Shown here: positions 16,295 through 26,347 of the stretch, in pieces
Layout: each line of letters opens with the position of its first letter
Numbering within the stretch: the stretch's first letter is position 1
Source of the DNA: a virus
Lineage: Duplodnaviria; Caudoviricetes
Strand: one strand, 5' to 3'
DNA: 48,634 nt
IMG/VR virus record: IMGVR_UViG_3300035548_000645
Coordinates: 1 to 48,634 of that record
Notes under the pieces: model-generated
What the model was told of the DNA's origin: nothing
The model's input: the letters and a program-made list of their open reading frames with translations, nothing else
The model's database searches: none
Program-made: the position numbers and the translations under genes

Positions 16295-16758
16295 GGCCGC
16301 GCCCTCCGATTCGCCATCTGCCGCTTGAGTTCCGCCTTGGCCACTTCGATGAAACCGACCATCGCGGTCACGCCGTCCTGTCCTGTCTCGATAAATCGCT
16401 GCAACTCCCAGGCATCGACTTTGCCGTCCTCCAGGGCGTGTTGAAACGAACGCATGACCTCGCCGAATTTGCCGGTGGCCGTCATGGCCTCCTGCCCCAC
16501 CTCATTCAACCCGCCCACACCGGCAGGAACTTCGAGCACCACGCACCCGAACTGCTCGGCAATCCAGTGCAGCGGGCGCAGGTCGCCCGAGGCCTTCATG
16601 GCCGGCACCAGCAGGTCGAGCCCCGCCTTGTTCCGGTCGTTCATGGGGTTGAGTTCGTTGAGCAGCAGGTTGAGATCCTTGCCGACCATCCCGGCCAGTT
16701 CCTTGGAGCTCTTGGCCTCGATGACCAGCTTGTGGACCTGCGCTGTTAGCGTAGACAT
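16291..16758 (-). CDS. Phage regulatory CII-family protein
   Basis: KELAGMVGK...LLNELNP...KAGLD.L, PLHWIA..FG, ALEDGKVD..E. Confidence 0.8.
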   Translation of the reverse strand: MSTLTAQVHKLVIEAKSSKELAGMVGKDLNLLLNELNPMNDRNKAGLDLLVPAMKASGDLRPLHWIAEQFGCVVLEVPAGVGGLNEVGQEAMTATGKFGEVMRSFQHALEDGKVDAWELQRFIETGQDGVTAMVGFIEVAKAELKRQMANRRARP

Positions 16759-16831
16759 GAATTATTCCTCGGGTTTAATGTTGCAGTAGGCGCGAATGTC
16801 TGAAATTCCTGACACGATTCGAGAGCCTTAG

Positions 16832-17116
16832 TCAGGCGGGGCAGCCGCACTCGCGTTTGAGCTCGGCATTCTCGGCGCGCAACGCCTCGACTTCGGCCAG
16901 CAGTTCCGCCTTGGTCCGGGTCGGTTCGGGCAACAAGTCTTCGGGGATGCCTGCCTTGCGGCAGGCGTCAAGAAATCCGGCGGGTGCTGTCTCAGCCGCA
17001 AAGAGATATCGCCATGCGGCCTGCTTGGAGCAGTCGTAGGTCCGTCCCAACTTCGTGGTGGTGATCTTCGGGTGGTCGATGAACCACTTCTTGAGCTCTT
17101 TCTTGCGGTCAACCAT
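16832..17116 (-). CDS. Cro-like HTH protein
   Basis: ITTTKLGRTYDCSKQAAWRYL...GIPEDLLP; divergent from the repressor and upstream of CII. Confidence 0.7.
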   Translation of the reverse strand: MVDRKKELKKWFIDHPKITTTKLGRTYDCSKQAAWRYLFAAETAPAGFLDACRKAGIPEDLLPEPTRTKAELLAEVEALRAENAELKRECGCPA

Positions 17117-17144
17117 TTTTTGACATACCTTGTTAAAAATTAAA

Positions 17145-17462
17145 CTACCGTAGCTGTTGGTAGTAGGATTCGACGGCACGGAGGACTTCATCCAGTTCAT
17201 GGGGACCGTTTTCGGAAAGGATCGGGATTGCGTGCGGAGCGCTACGCCCCTTGAACCGGAACGGATCATGAAAGGACACAGCTATGAAGGGCGGGGGTAA
17301 GTAAAAATAAAGACGGGTAAAGCCCTTGAATGAGTTGGGATCGTCATACACGCGAGTCCAGCCCCAAAGACCATCCAGCTGATATCCGTACCTCTCGGCG
17401 ATGTCTTGCACGATCGCCACTGCTTCTTCCTGGCGGCTTTGATTGGAAACAACCTGACTCAC
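17145..17462 (-). CDS. Hypothetical protein between CI and the Cro-like gene
   Basis: GGGAGG RBS then GTG 17462; lower GC. Confidence 0.55.
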   Translation of the reverse strand: MSQVVSNQSRQEEAVAIVQDIAERYGYQLDGLWGWTRVYDDPNSFKGFTRLYFYLPPPFIAVSFHDPFRFKGRSAPHAIPILSENGPHELDEVLRAVESYYQQLR

Positions 17463-17499
17463 GACTTCCTCCCTTGCTCGTTGGTGGTCGCTGTCGGGG

Positions 17500-17565
17500 A
17501 TAGAAATAATGAAACAAACGTGAAGTGTCAAACAAAAATCGTGAACTATGACGAAAAAACGTGAA
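17500..17565. promoter_or_regulatory. Lysis/lysogeny switch region: leftward TTGACA and three phased CGTGAA direct repeats
   Basis: TTGACA on minus at 17526-17531; CGTGAA at 17519, 17540 and 17560, each preceded by an A tract. Confidence 0.55.
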
Positions 17566-18222
17566 GCTAGCGACATAAAAGATGTCACAATAAAGACATT
17601 TCATCATAGATTAGAAGATGTTATAAAGGAACTTGGCGTCTCAAAAAAAGAATTCGCCAAGGCCGGCGGGGTTACGCCGCAAGCCCTGAGCGGCTACTTG
17701 GCGGGCAAACGCAGACCAGACTATGAAACAGTCGCGAAGTGGGTTCGCGAATACAACCTCAACGCCAACTACCTGCTCATCTATCGAGGGACAATCTTCC
17801 GCTCCGCTGCAGACAATCGCCATCCAATGGACATATCCGAGGCAGAGACAGCAGGCACGGCCCAATCGCCGACTACGCCCCTTGGTCCCGTCACCATGGC
17901 CGTGGCCTCCATGGAACAGGCCCACCTCGCCATGGACCCGGACGCCACGGAGACGGAGGTCATGGAGGCGATCCTCCGCGCCATGAACAACCGGCTGCAA
18001 AAGATCGCGCCCAAGTATGGTTCCCGGCTCACCGCCCGCGAGACGTCCTTCCACGAGTCACCGGCCCAATACCCCGGAGGGTCAGCCGAGGACGACCAGA
18101 TGGTCAGCCTGCAGGGCGACGCCTGCGGCATCGACCAGGATCCGCCGACACCGCGCGAGCAGTTCCTGGTACCCGGTAGGGACCGCAAACTTCAGGCTCA
18201 GGACACCAAGTCAAACAAGTAG
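17548..18222 (+). CDS. CI-like XRE-family repressor
   Basis: SKKEFAKAGGVTPQALSGYLAGKRRP...LNANYLL; divergent from the lytic operon. Confidence 0.85.
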   Translation: MTKKREASDIKDVTIKTFHHRLEDVIKELGVSKKEFAKAGGVTPQALSGYLAGKRRPDYETVAKWVREYNLNANYLLIYRGTIFRSAADNRHPMDISEAETAGTAQSPTTPLGPVTMAVASMEQAHLAMDPDATETEVMEAILRAMNNRLQKIAPKYGSRLTARETSFHESPAQYPGGSAEDDQMVSLQGDACGIDQDPPTPREQFLVPGRDRKLQAQDTKSNK

Positions 18223-18305
18223 GGGAGGGGGATGAGGACGCGGACGATCTTTTTTTTTGGATGCAATGATAGAAAAGACGTATTCCCGACACCAAAGGTA
18301 TAAAT

Positions 18306-18677
18306 ATGAAGCTCAACACCCCCGCCTTCTTCCCGCGCGACTTCCGTACTCCCGACAAGATCCTCGGCCCCATCGAGATCGAGGAGGAGACCCGTTTCGG
18401 CGGCTCCCTGGCCACCAGCTGCTTCCTGTATGGGTGGGACGTGGTAGGGCCGCGCGAGCTCACGCTGTTCGAGGTCTTCATGGAGGAGCACGCCGGGCGG
18501 ATGATCCAGGGCTGGCTCCATCCCGGCGAGGACGTCCCCGGCACGGTCATCCTGTCCGACCTCAAAGTGGACGAGGACCGCATCCGGACACGAAGCGGTG
18601 AACCGACTCACCTCTACGGCGTGACCATCGCCGCCTTCATCATCCAAGGCGCTACGGACGACGCCGACAGGCAGTAG
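18306..18677 (+). CDS. Hypothetical protein (lysogeny-strand cargo)
   Basis: 123-aa ORF downstream of the repressor. Confidence 0.7.
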   Translation: MKLNTPAFFPRDFRTPDKILGPIEIEEETRFGGSLATSCFLYGWDVVGPRELTLFEVFMEEHAGRMIQGWLHPGEDVPGTVILSDLKVDEDRIRTRSGEPTHLYGVTIAAFIIQGATDDADRQ

Positions 18678-18679
18678 CC

Positions 18680-19081
18680 ATGCGCCCGGCAGCGGCCTTC
18701 ATCCTCATCCTGTTCCTGGCCGTCCCGGCCCAGGCCGAGGAGGCATACGTCCTGCGGGTCATCGACGGCGACTCCCTGCGCATCGAGCTGCGCGGCCTGG
18801 AGATGGATCTGCGGCTGCTCGGCGTGGACGCGCCCGAGTGGGACACTCCGGGCGGACCAAAGGCAAAGGAGTTTGTGCAGGCATGGGTGGACAAGGCGGG
18901 CGGCGTCATCGACCTGGAATTCGACCGCCACCGCTACGGCAAGTACGGCCGCCTCCTGGCCTGGGTCTGGCACGACGGCCATCTGCTCCAGGAGGACATG
19001 ATCCACGCCGGACATGCCGAAATTCGTTGGCTGAAAAAGGACAACAAACACTACTCGCGGTTGGCGGCCGCAAAGGAGTGA
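18680..19081 (+). CDS. Secreted thermonuclease (SNase family)
   Basis: Signal peptide ending AQA; RVIDGDS, RLLGVDAPE, KYGRLLA motifs. Confidence 0.9.
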   Translation: MRPAAAFILILFLAVPAQAEEAYVLRVIDGDSLRIELRGLEMDLRLLGVDAPEWDTPGGPKAKEFVQAWVDKAGGVIDLEFDRHRYGKYGRLLAWVWHDGHLLQEDMIHAGHAEIRWLKKDNKHYSRLAAAKE

Positions 19082-19378
19082 CTACTCAGGCAACAACGGC
19101 CACGTCACCGCTTCCGGGAACCCGACCTGTTGCGGCACGTCACGGAGCGCCTGGACATAGGCGTCCAGAGCAACGATGTCGTCGGTGGGCGTAAGGGCCT
19201 GCCGGACCTCGGACTCATACCGTTGGACTCTCCACATGATGGCGGCGATCCGTTGGTCACGCTCGGCCCGGGCAGTTGTGGCAAGTTGACCCATGGTCGG
19301 TGCGCGCGAGGCTTCCAGCGCCGCAACGTCGGCAGCAGAGATTTCAATTCGTTCGCCATTCGTTATTTTGGTAGTCAT
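19082..19378 (-). CDS. Tail fibre assembly chaperone
   Basis: RAERDQRI...YVQALRDVPQQ.GFP..V.WP. Confidence 0.85.
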   Translation of the reverse strand: MTTKITNGERIEISAADVAALEASRAPTMGQLATTARAERDQRIAAIMWRVQRYESEVRQALTPTDDIVALDAYVQALRDVPQQVGFPEAVTWPLLPE

Positions 19379-20619
19379 TAGTTTAACGCCCTCCTAAACA
19401 TTTCGATTTTCCCACCAGCGAGATCCCCAGACGATGCGTGGAACCGAACCGCTGTAATTGTTTTCACTGTATCATTGTATCCCGTATGCCCCATAAAACT
19501 CACATTTCCCGCCATTGTATTTATTTGGAAAGCTGGCCGCGTCCCCTGGACAAGATAGCCAACAACTGACCCGTGTACTCCAGTTCCAGTGTCGTAGAGC
19601 ACATCAGTCAGTTTGGCAGTTGTAGCCCACGTTCCGACCCCAGTGTGCACTCCACTAGAATCTACTCTCGATATCGACGTTGACAAAGACAAGCCCCAAG
19701 TCGGGGTTGCCCCATACCCAATCGCCATCTGTAAATCTAGCGGGCCGGATGATGCTGAACGTATATTCGTCAATTCCCATCTGTAGGCATACCCGGCAGC
19801 AAGGTCCGTAAACTCAACGGTGGCGTCGCTGGAGATGTCTGCCTTTGAGGCAAACTCCCACATGCCACCATCATCCAAGTCCGCCTCGTCCATCATAGCG
19901 AGTTCGCCAAGGCCAAGATCGGTTGCGTCTGTGTAGATTTCATGCCCATCCCACGTGGCACTGCCATTGACATACAAACGCATTTCTTTGCGGTTACCAG
20001 CATCATCAAAAACAGCAAAAGTGACATAATCGTGGCCATCCCACGTGTAAATATGCGCAGCCGTCAGTCCGTTTGCTTGCTCAAACTCAAGGACGCTAAA
20101 TTCATCACTGCTTTTGATTGTAAGATAAGATTCTACATCTGTGTCGATATCCTTCCGAGCATACCTTGCATCAAGTCCGAGGCTTGCAATCATTCCTGAT
20201 GCGGTATTTTTGTACATTTCATCGGCATCGCTACTGTAGAAAACACTGTCGGCAACACGTGTTTGTACCGCATGTTGCACTACAATATAGTCCCCAATAA
20301 ACTTTTTCGCGATCAAATCACTAGATGGAGTACGGCGTGGAATAGTTGAGGGGGACGCGCCTTCGGTTGTGCTAAAGCCGCCCAATTTTTCTGAATTCGC
20401 AACCGTGATGGCATACGTCGAGGCCAGGTCACTCCACGTCCCACCGGAGGCGTCGTAAATCTCGAACTTGGACGAGCTGCTATTCCAGCGGATCGTGCCG
20501 TCCGGGAGGTTCGTGCCGGTGCCGTCGAACATCTTAGCCGCATCCTCAAACTTGGCGTTGATATAGGCCAAAACGTTGGCATACAGGTCCGATACTGAGG
20601 GTAAGCTCCAATTCGCCAT
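19378..20619 (-). CDS. Tail fibre / receptor-binding protein
   Basis: Lies between the tail tip and chaperone genes; lower-GC C-terminal region. Confidence 0.75.
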   Translation of the reverse strand: MANWSLPSVSDLYANVLAYINAKFEDAAKMFDGTGTNLPDGTIRWNSSSSKFEIYDASGGTWSDLASTYAITVANSEKLGGFSTTEGASPSTIPRRTPSSDLIAKKFIGDYIVVQHAVQTRVADSVFYSSDADEMYKNTASGMIASLGLDARYARKDIDTDVESYLTIKSSDEFSVLEFEQANGLTAAHIYTWDGHDYVTFAVFDDAGNRKEMRLYVNGSATWDGHEIYTDATDLGLGELAMMDEADLDDGGMWEFASKADISSDATVEFTDLAAGYAYRWELTNIRSASSGPLDLQMAIGYGATPTWGLSLSTSISRVDSSGVHTGVGTWATTAKLTDVLYDTGTGVHGSVVGYLVQGTRPAFQINTMAGNVSFMGHTGYNDTVKTITAVRFHASSGDLAGGKIEMFRRALN

Positions 20620-20623
20620 GATA

Positions 20624-23600
20624 TTATCCTCCCTGGATCACGCCGCGAGTCGTCCAGCCTATGGTCACGGGCAGGGTCGCGGCAGTGCCGTCAAGATTAA
20701 ACAGATACACGTCAAACCCGGTAGGGTTGGGCACGTCGGCGAAGTCTGCCACCGCAACAAGCGGCGTCGTCCCGCCAGGGGTGACCACCGGTTGCTCGGC
20801 GTCGAGGTACACGTTGTTGAAAGCCACGGTCTGGCCCTGGCTGGTGATGGACACGGTGCCGGAGTCCACGGCCCGCTTGACCCGCAGCGACACCGACACG
20901 GCGGACACCACGGCTTGCGACGCGTCGTCGCTGGCGGCAAAGGTCACCAGCAGCCGTGCGTAACGAAAGTCAGTCGCGTAGACCTCCCACTGCCCCGCCG
21001 CCTGGGTCGTCCAGGCGTCCCCGGACGCCTCTTTGGTGTAGATTTGGGGGGTGACCGTCACGCCGTCGTCCAGGGTTGTGAGGTCGATATCGGCCACGAT
21101 CCGGCATCCGGCGATAACCGCCCCGGCGTCGTAGTCTTCCTGGTAGGTGGCGACGGACGGGTTCGGCTCGCACCAATAGGTGTACCCGGCATCGATCAGG
21201 TCCTGGATAGAGGTCGCCCCGGTGTTGCTAAAGTGCTCGGCCCACGTCTCCGTGGTGTTGACCGGCAGCAAGAGCTGGCCGGTGGTCATGGTGTGGATGT
21301 TGGACATGGTGGCCGTGTCGAAATCGCCCTCGAATTCAGCATACAGCACAAAGTCCGGCGGCTCGTCCACGGTAGTCGTGGCGCTGGCCGTCGTCCCGGT
21401 GTTGCCCGCCGCGTCCACCGGTTCGATGAAATATTGGAACGTACCCGATGCCGTCTCGTCCACGACGGTAAAGGTGGTATCCGCTGTACCGACCAGATGG
21501 TCCTCGTCCACCGCGCCGCGATAGACGTTGTACCCGGCAATCGGCAGGCTGCCAGCCGCGCCTGTCCAGCGCATGAGCACGGAGTTGTCGATAACCTGGA
21601 GCGTCAGGGCCGAGGCCGAGGGCAGGACCACAACCGCGTCGATGCTGACCGGCGTGCCCACGTTGCCGTAGGCGTCCACCGCCGCAACCCACCACGTTTG
21701 TGTGCCGCCCCAATCAACGGGGTACTGCGCCCGGGTCGCGTCCACCTCTCCCATGGCCGTTGCCGTGGCCCAGGTCGGCCCGCGCCTGACCTGATACCCG
21801 GAGATCGAGTAGGATGCCTGCACGCCGGTCCAGCTCAGTTGCACGACTGACCCCTGGCGCACGCTGGCCGTGAGGTAGTCGGCGGCCAGTCCGGTCAGGC
21901 CCGGGGCGGTGACGGTGATGGAGGCCGAGGCGGACGCCGAGGAATAGTGCCCGGTCGTGTCCAGAGCGCGGATGTAGTAGGTGTGCGTACCGGCGGCAGC
22001 CATGGGCAGCGGCACGGTCGATCCTGCGCCGCTGGCGATTTCGTTCCCGTCGCCCCACCCGGAATCCGTGGCGCGGATCTCGTAGCGGGCAACGTCAAGG
22101 TCGGCAACCTGGCCCCATGTGGCCGTGATCCCGCTGTCGGCGGCAGCGAGAGCGAACACACTCACGTCGCTGGGGTTGCTCGACTTGCCGACCACCGTGT
22201 GTCCGAGTTCCTCCACCCATCCCGAGGCCACTCCAGCGACGGTCACAGCACGAACGCGTATGTCGTAGACGCTGCCGTCCTCCACGCCGGTGATGATGAC
22301 CGGGTCGCCCGCGATGACGCTGGGCGCGCTGGTCCATCCGACATCTCCGTCACGGCGATACTGCGCCTGCACCGTGGAGGGCAGCACCGCTCCCGTACCC
22401 AGGGAATAGTTCACCATGATGCGCGATACGAGCGTCCCGTCGGCACCACGCACCAGCACGCCCTCGTCGCTGCGAACATTGGTGATGGTCGGCACGGGGA
22501 GCGTCGTTCCCCTGGTCACGTCGAGCCGCACGGGAGGCGCGTAGGCGGGGATCTCGCCGGACACGGACGCCTCGATCTCGTCCATGGCCGAGGGGATCAA
22601 CGTCAGCTCCGCAGTAAGGTTCTGGCCGGGCGTGATGGCGGACACGAGGTATTCGTCGTACTCCTCGCCAAGGATGGACACCGAGCACAGCGCCCCGAGC
22701 TGCGGCGACGGCTTCGAGGTGATCACGTAGGAAAAACGGAGCACGTCGTTTTCCTCGCCGTATTCGGGCGCGATCTCGTAGGTGGTCAGCCGCGACGTGT
22801 TGTCCCGGATGGCGATGCCGTACCGGGCCGGGGCCGGATCGGAAAAGATGACCGTGTCGTCGATCTGCACGCCGACGGGCACGAGCGGCTCGTCGTCCTC
22901 GCCCAGGGGGATGTCCTCCGCGCGCCCGACGAGCACCTCCCCATTGTCGAACACAATCCAGGAATCCGGGATCTCGTCACCCATCTCGGCCAGGGCATCT
23001 TCACCAATGTCGAACAGCAGCCGCAGGATGCGGGCCGAGCCGAACACGTTCATCAGCACGTCCGAAGCCACCCCGACCAGGGCGCCGCGATGCGCGGCCA
23101 GCCACTCCCAGTCCGTGGACAGGGTGATGCCCAGCTGCCGGTGCAGGATCTTGGCCAGGTGCCGCCGGCCCATCTTCCAGATGGCGCCCCAGTTGGTGAC
23201 GCCCGGGTAATCCCAGGACACGATGTCCACGGCGTTGTCCTCGTCGTAGCCGTCGGCGTAGACGAAGCCCTCCTTGGTCTCGTAGTCGTCGTCCTCGTCC
23301 ACGTAGGAGACGCGCAGCGCGTGCGGCAACTCCATGAACCCGCGCTTGATCTTGCATCCCCAGGAGTTGCGCGGGGTGAAGAGCTGCTTGATGGTCTTGC
23401 CCGGCTGATCGATGGTCGCGCCCCACAGCCCGTCGACGTCCGTAGTCACGGCGGCCCGGCCGGCGGAAAGGATCTGCGTCAGCCGCTCCCACACCCGGGT
23501 CTCGCTGTCGCAGACGTAGTTGAATTCGTGCCCCTGGGCGGCACACCACTCGGCGAGCTCGGCCAGGGTGGTGTCGTCCATCTTCGTCTCGGTGTATGGC

Positions 23601-25039
23601 TTGGCCATGCCGCTCCGCGTGGTGAGCAGGTAGCGCATCTGGTCAGCGGGGTTGGCGGTCTCGGCCACGGTCTCCCACCCGGTCCCGTCCCAGGACGGCA
23701 GGTTCGACGAGCACAGCGCGTTGAAGTCGTCGACGTATCCGGACAGCTGGTCATTGGCCTTGATGCGCAGCTCGGACACACAGATCGGCACCGGCGTGTT
23801 GAACGCGGCCTGATTCAGGATGGCGCGGGAAACAGACCAGGTGGCCTCGTCGTAGATGTACTGGCTGTCGCTGTCGGCAGTGGTCCGGCGGATGCGCATC
23901 TCGTAGTCGGCCCTGGCCAGGTCATCGATGCGGAATGACTCCACGGCGGGCGTGGATTGCGCCCGTGTGGCGGAGATCGCGCCCAGGCCGGAATCGATCC
24001 AGGTGGAGGTGCCGACCTCGCGGTACTGCGCCTCGAACTGAACAGTGCAGTTTCCTCGGCTGCCGTCGCTGGTGGATATTTCGGTCAACCCGGACTGGAA
24101 TGCGATGTCGCAGCAGATGGCCTCGGCCTCTCCGATGGTGCGCGTTACCCATCCGCTTTCTTCCGACAGAAGCGCGCCAACGGACTGCTCGTTGTACGAC
24201 TTGGCGAACAGCGTCAGGTCGTCCCCGGTAGTGGCCTGGTGGAATTCGTGGGTGACGTCGGTGAACTCGTCCAGGGACGTCTCATCGATGCGGAAGTCGG
24301 AGACCACGATGTCCTTGTGCCCCCAGACCACCAGCATGTTGAAGAACTGGTCCTCGCCTTCCCACACGGTCCAGCTCTTCGCGCCCAAAGGCGGCGTGTG
24401 TCGATGGGTGCCGAGCACCAGCGGGACGTACCCGTAGAGGTTCGCCGAATTCCTGGCCCCGGTGATGGAGTAGGTCGGTGACTCGCTCCCCGCGTCGTAG
24501 GTCGACGAGCTGATCGACGGCGCGGCCTGGCCGAACAGGGCTCCGGTGACATACGACCCGACCATCATAAGTCCGCCGGTCACGGCCGCCGTCATCCATG
24601 AGGAAATGTAGAACTGCCCGGCGGCCAGCGGGCCGACGAAACCGGCCTCGACGCCGCCCAGGGCTCCAAGGATGGCCGGGGCGGCATAGGACGCCACCGC
24701 CATCACCGCGATGGCCGCGATCATGCCGACCGGGCTCTTGCCGCCGCCTCCACCGCCGCCGCGCACCGTGCGCAGGACCTCGATGCGCGCGCCGGGAACG
24801 GGCCGGGTCTCCGCCCAGCGTTTCCTCGGGATCTCCACGCCGTCCACGCGGCATCGGGCGTAGCGCAGCAGGGAGCGCGCCTGGGCAGGGGTGTACACCC
24901 GGTCCCGGCGCAGCCGTCCCACGGCCTCCTCGACCACGGTCTCCAGCGTCGTCCCGGCCATGGCTTCGAAAAAGACCGGGCGTGTGGAGTCGAAGCGCCG
25001 CCCCATGACGGCGACGGTCTGGTCAGCGCGCATCGACAT
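20624..25039 (-). CDS. Tail tip / host-specificity protein (gpI-gpJ-like fusion with FN3-like repeats)
   Basis: 1471 aa; GGGGG linker, PTYSITGARN...YVPLVLG, FTPRNSW, FN3-like C-terminal repeats. Confidence 0.9.
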   Translation of the reverse strand: MSMRADQTVAVMGRRFDSTRPVFFEAMAGTTLETVVEEAVGRLRRDRVYTPAQARSLLRYARCRVDGVEIPRKRWAETRPVPGARIEVLRTVRGGGGGGGKSPVGMIAAIAVMAVASYAAPAILGALGGVEAGFVGPLAAGQFYISSWMTAAVTGGLMMVGSYVTGALFGQAAPSISSSTYDAGSESPTYSITGARNSANLYGYVPLVLGTHRHTPPLGAKSWTVWEGEDQFFNMLVVWGHKDIVVSDFRIDETSLDEFTDVTHEFHQATTGDDLTLFAKSYNEQSVGALLSEESGWVTRTIGEAEAICCDIAFQSGLTEISTSDGSRGNCTVQFEAQYREVGTSTWIDSGLGAISATRAQSTPAVESFRIDDLARADYEMRIRRTTADSDSQYIYDEATWSVSRAILNQAAFNTPVPICVSELRIKANDQLSGYVDDFNALCSSNLPSWDGTGWETVAETANPADQMRYLLTTRSGMAKPYTETKMDDTTLAELAEWCAAQGHEFNYVCDSETRVWERLTQILSAGRAAVTTDVDGLWGATIDQPGKTIKQLFTPRNSWGCKIKRGFMELPHALRVSYVDEDDDYETKEGFVYADGYDEDNAVDIVSWDYPGVTNWGAIWKMGRRHLAKILHRQLGITLSTDWEWLAAHRGALVGVASDVLMNVFGSARILRLLFDIGEDALAEMGDEIPDSWIVFDNGEVLVGRAEDIPLGEDDEPLVPVGVQIDDTVIFSDPAPARYGIAIRDNTSRLTTYEIAPEYGEENDVLRFSYVITSKPSPQLGALCSVSILGEEYDEYLVSAITPGQNLTAELTLIPSAMDEIEASVSGEIPAYAPPVRLDVTRGTTLPVPTITNVRSDEGVLVRGADGTLVSRIMVNYSLGTGAVLPSTVQAQYRRDGDVGWTSAPSVIAGDPVIITGVEDGSVYDIRVRAVTVAGVASGWVEELGHTVVGKSSNPSDVSVFALAAADSGITATWGQVADLDVARYEIRATDSGWGDGNEIASGAGSTVPLPMAAAGTHTYYIRALDTTGHYSSASASASITVTAPGLTGLAADYLTASVRQGSVVQLSWTGVQASYSISGYQVRRGPTWATATAMGEVDATRAQYPVDWGGTQTWWVAAVDAYGNVGTPVSIDAVVVLPSASALTLQVIDNSVLMRWTGAAGSLPIAGYNVYRGAVDEDHLVGTADTTFTVVDETASGTFQYFIEPVDAAGNTGTTASATTTVDEPPDFVLYAEFEGDFDTATMSNIHTMTTGQLLLPVNTTETWAEHFSNTGATSIQDLIDAGYTYWCEPNPSVATYQEDYDAGAVIAGCRIVADIDLTTLDDGVTVTPQIYTKEASGDAWTTQAAGQWEVYATDFRYARLLVTFAASDDASQAVVSAVSVSLRVKRAVDSGTVSITSQGQTVAFNNVYLDAEQPVVTPGGTTPLVAVADFADVPNPTGFDVYLFNLDGTAATLPVTIGWTTRGVIQGG

Positions 25040-25430
25040 GCCTGAGCACCCTCGAAAGTCTGCGGCCCCACCGGGCCGTGTCGTACCGTTCCTCGGCGAC
25101 GGCCATGCCGTCCACGACGTGCAGCATGGTGCCGGGCCGCAGGTAGAGCCCGACGTGGGCCTCCACCCCGGCGCGGCGAAAGATCATCACGTCCAGGGGA
25201 CGCCACGACCCGTCGGTCACGTCCACGTTCCAGGACTCCTCGGCCACGCCGTCCACCAGGTGATCCACCTCGCCGCGCGCGTAGGCGTCGGAGTATCGGT
25301 CGCCCAGGTCGGGCATCCCGATCCCCAGCTCCTCGCGGTAGACCAGATGCACCAATCCCCAGCAGTCGCATCCGTTGCGGTCCGTGCCGTGGTCCACGAA
25401 GGGGATGCCGATGTACTTGCTCGTGTTCAT
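25023..25430 (-). CDS. NlpC/P60 tail-tip protein
   Basis: YIGIPF...G.DCWGLV, HVGLY...MLH. Confidence 0.9.
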   Translation of the reverse strand: MNTSKYIGIPFVDHGTDRNGCDCWGLVHLVYREELGIGMPDLGDRYSDAYARGEVDHLVDGVAEESWNVDVTDGSWRPLDVMIFRRAGVEAHVGLYLRPGTMLHVVDGMAVAEERYDTARWGRRLSRVLRHVDAR

Positions 25431-25438
25431 GCCGCCGC

Positions 25439-25954
25439 CTAGTCGAAGAGGTTGGGGAAGTACGCCGGGACGAACCGCAGCCAGGGCATGGGCTCGTTGG
25501 AGGCGATGTTGTTGATGATCGTGACGTCGGCCATGGAGGCGTCCCACTCGGCGCTGCCGAGCTCCATCTCCGGCCAGGAGACTTCGACCTCGTCGGGCGT
25601 CTCCGCGTTGACGAACTCCAGGGTGATCCGGGGATACTCCTCGTCCACCATCTTGAGATACGGCGTGACCATGCGGCCCACGTTGGCGAAGGAAACCTTG
25701 CCCTCGGGCGGGCTCTCGTCCGACGACGTTGGCAGGGACGCGCTGATGGGCACGAACAGGTACTGTCCGCCGCGGCTGACGGTGCCCATGATCGGCTCGC
25801 CGGTGTCCGCATCGTTGTACAGCCATTCGGTAGGGTCGGTGGACAGCCGCACCGGCTCGGTCCAGGAGTCGTGGGTCATGGTGATGAGCACGATGTCCCG
25901 GTCGGACGTATCCTGCGCCATCATGGCGGTGGTGGTTCGCGGGGAAAGAGCCAT
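25439..25954 (-). CDS. Minor tail protein (DUF1833-like)
   Basis: Position plus LITMTH...PVRLS and F.PAYFPNLF motifs. Confidence 0.8.
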   Translation of the reverse strand: MALSPRTTTAMMAQDTSDRDIVLITMTHDSWTEPVRLSTDPTEWLYNDADTGEPIMGTVSRGGQYLFVPISASLPTSSDESPPEGKVSFANVGRMVTPYLKMVDEEYPRITLEFVNAETPDEVEVSWPEMELGSAEWDASMADVTIINNIASNEPMPWLRFVPAYFPNLFD

Positions 25955-25963
25955 GCCTGCCTC

Positions 25964-26344
25964 CTACGTCAGCGGCGCGTCGGGCCAGTATTTGATGGTC
26001 AGGCCGATGATCCACTTTCGGGTGAGGCCATGCGGATCCTGGGTGTACAGACCGGAGTCCGCCGGGACGATCTTGGCCCGAACGTACCCTTCAAGATGGG
26101 GGTGCGGCCAATCGAACCACAGCGAGCCGTCCAGAATGACGTCCCTGCAGAACGTCTCCAGAGCGGTGACCTGGTCGGAGGACATGGAGTACCGGACCGT
26201 CACCTGCCTCGGCTTGGGTCCGCGCCGACGGGTCTTGTCGTCGCCGGAGTCCATGGACAGCGTCAGCAGCCGGTTCGGATAGGGATTCGAGAACCCGTCG
26301 TACAAAGGGTCCTGGGGAAGCGTTGCGGGCCAGACGGACGCCAT
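25964..26344 (-). CDS. Distal tail protein
   Basis: WPATLP...MDSG..KTRRR...GSLWFDWPHP; follows the tape measure gene. Confidence 0.8.
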   Translation of the reverse strand: MASVWPATLPQDPLYDGFSNPYPNRLLTLSMDSGDDKTRRRGPKPRQVTVRYSMSSDQVTALETFCRDVILDGSLWFDWPHPHLEGYVRAKIVPADSGLYTQDPHGLTRKWIIGLTIKYWPDAPLT

Positions 26345-26347
26345 GCT

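Noticed and set aside
14965-17478. 16-bp repeat GACTTCCTCCCTTGCT near 14965 and 17463
   Set aside because: Both copies are ribosome-binding regions; no evidence of a mobile unit between them
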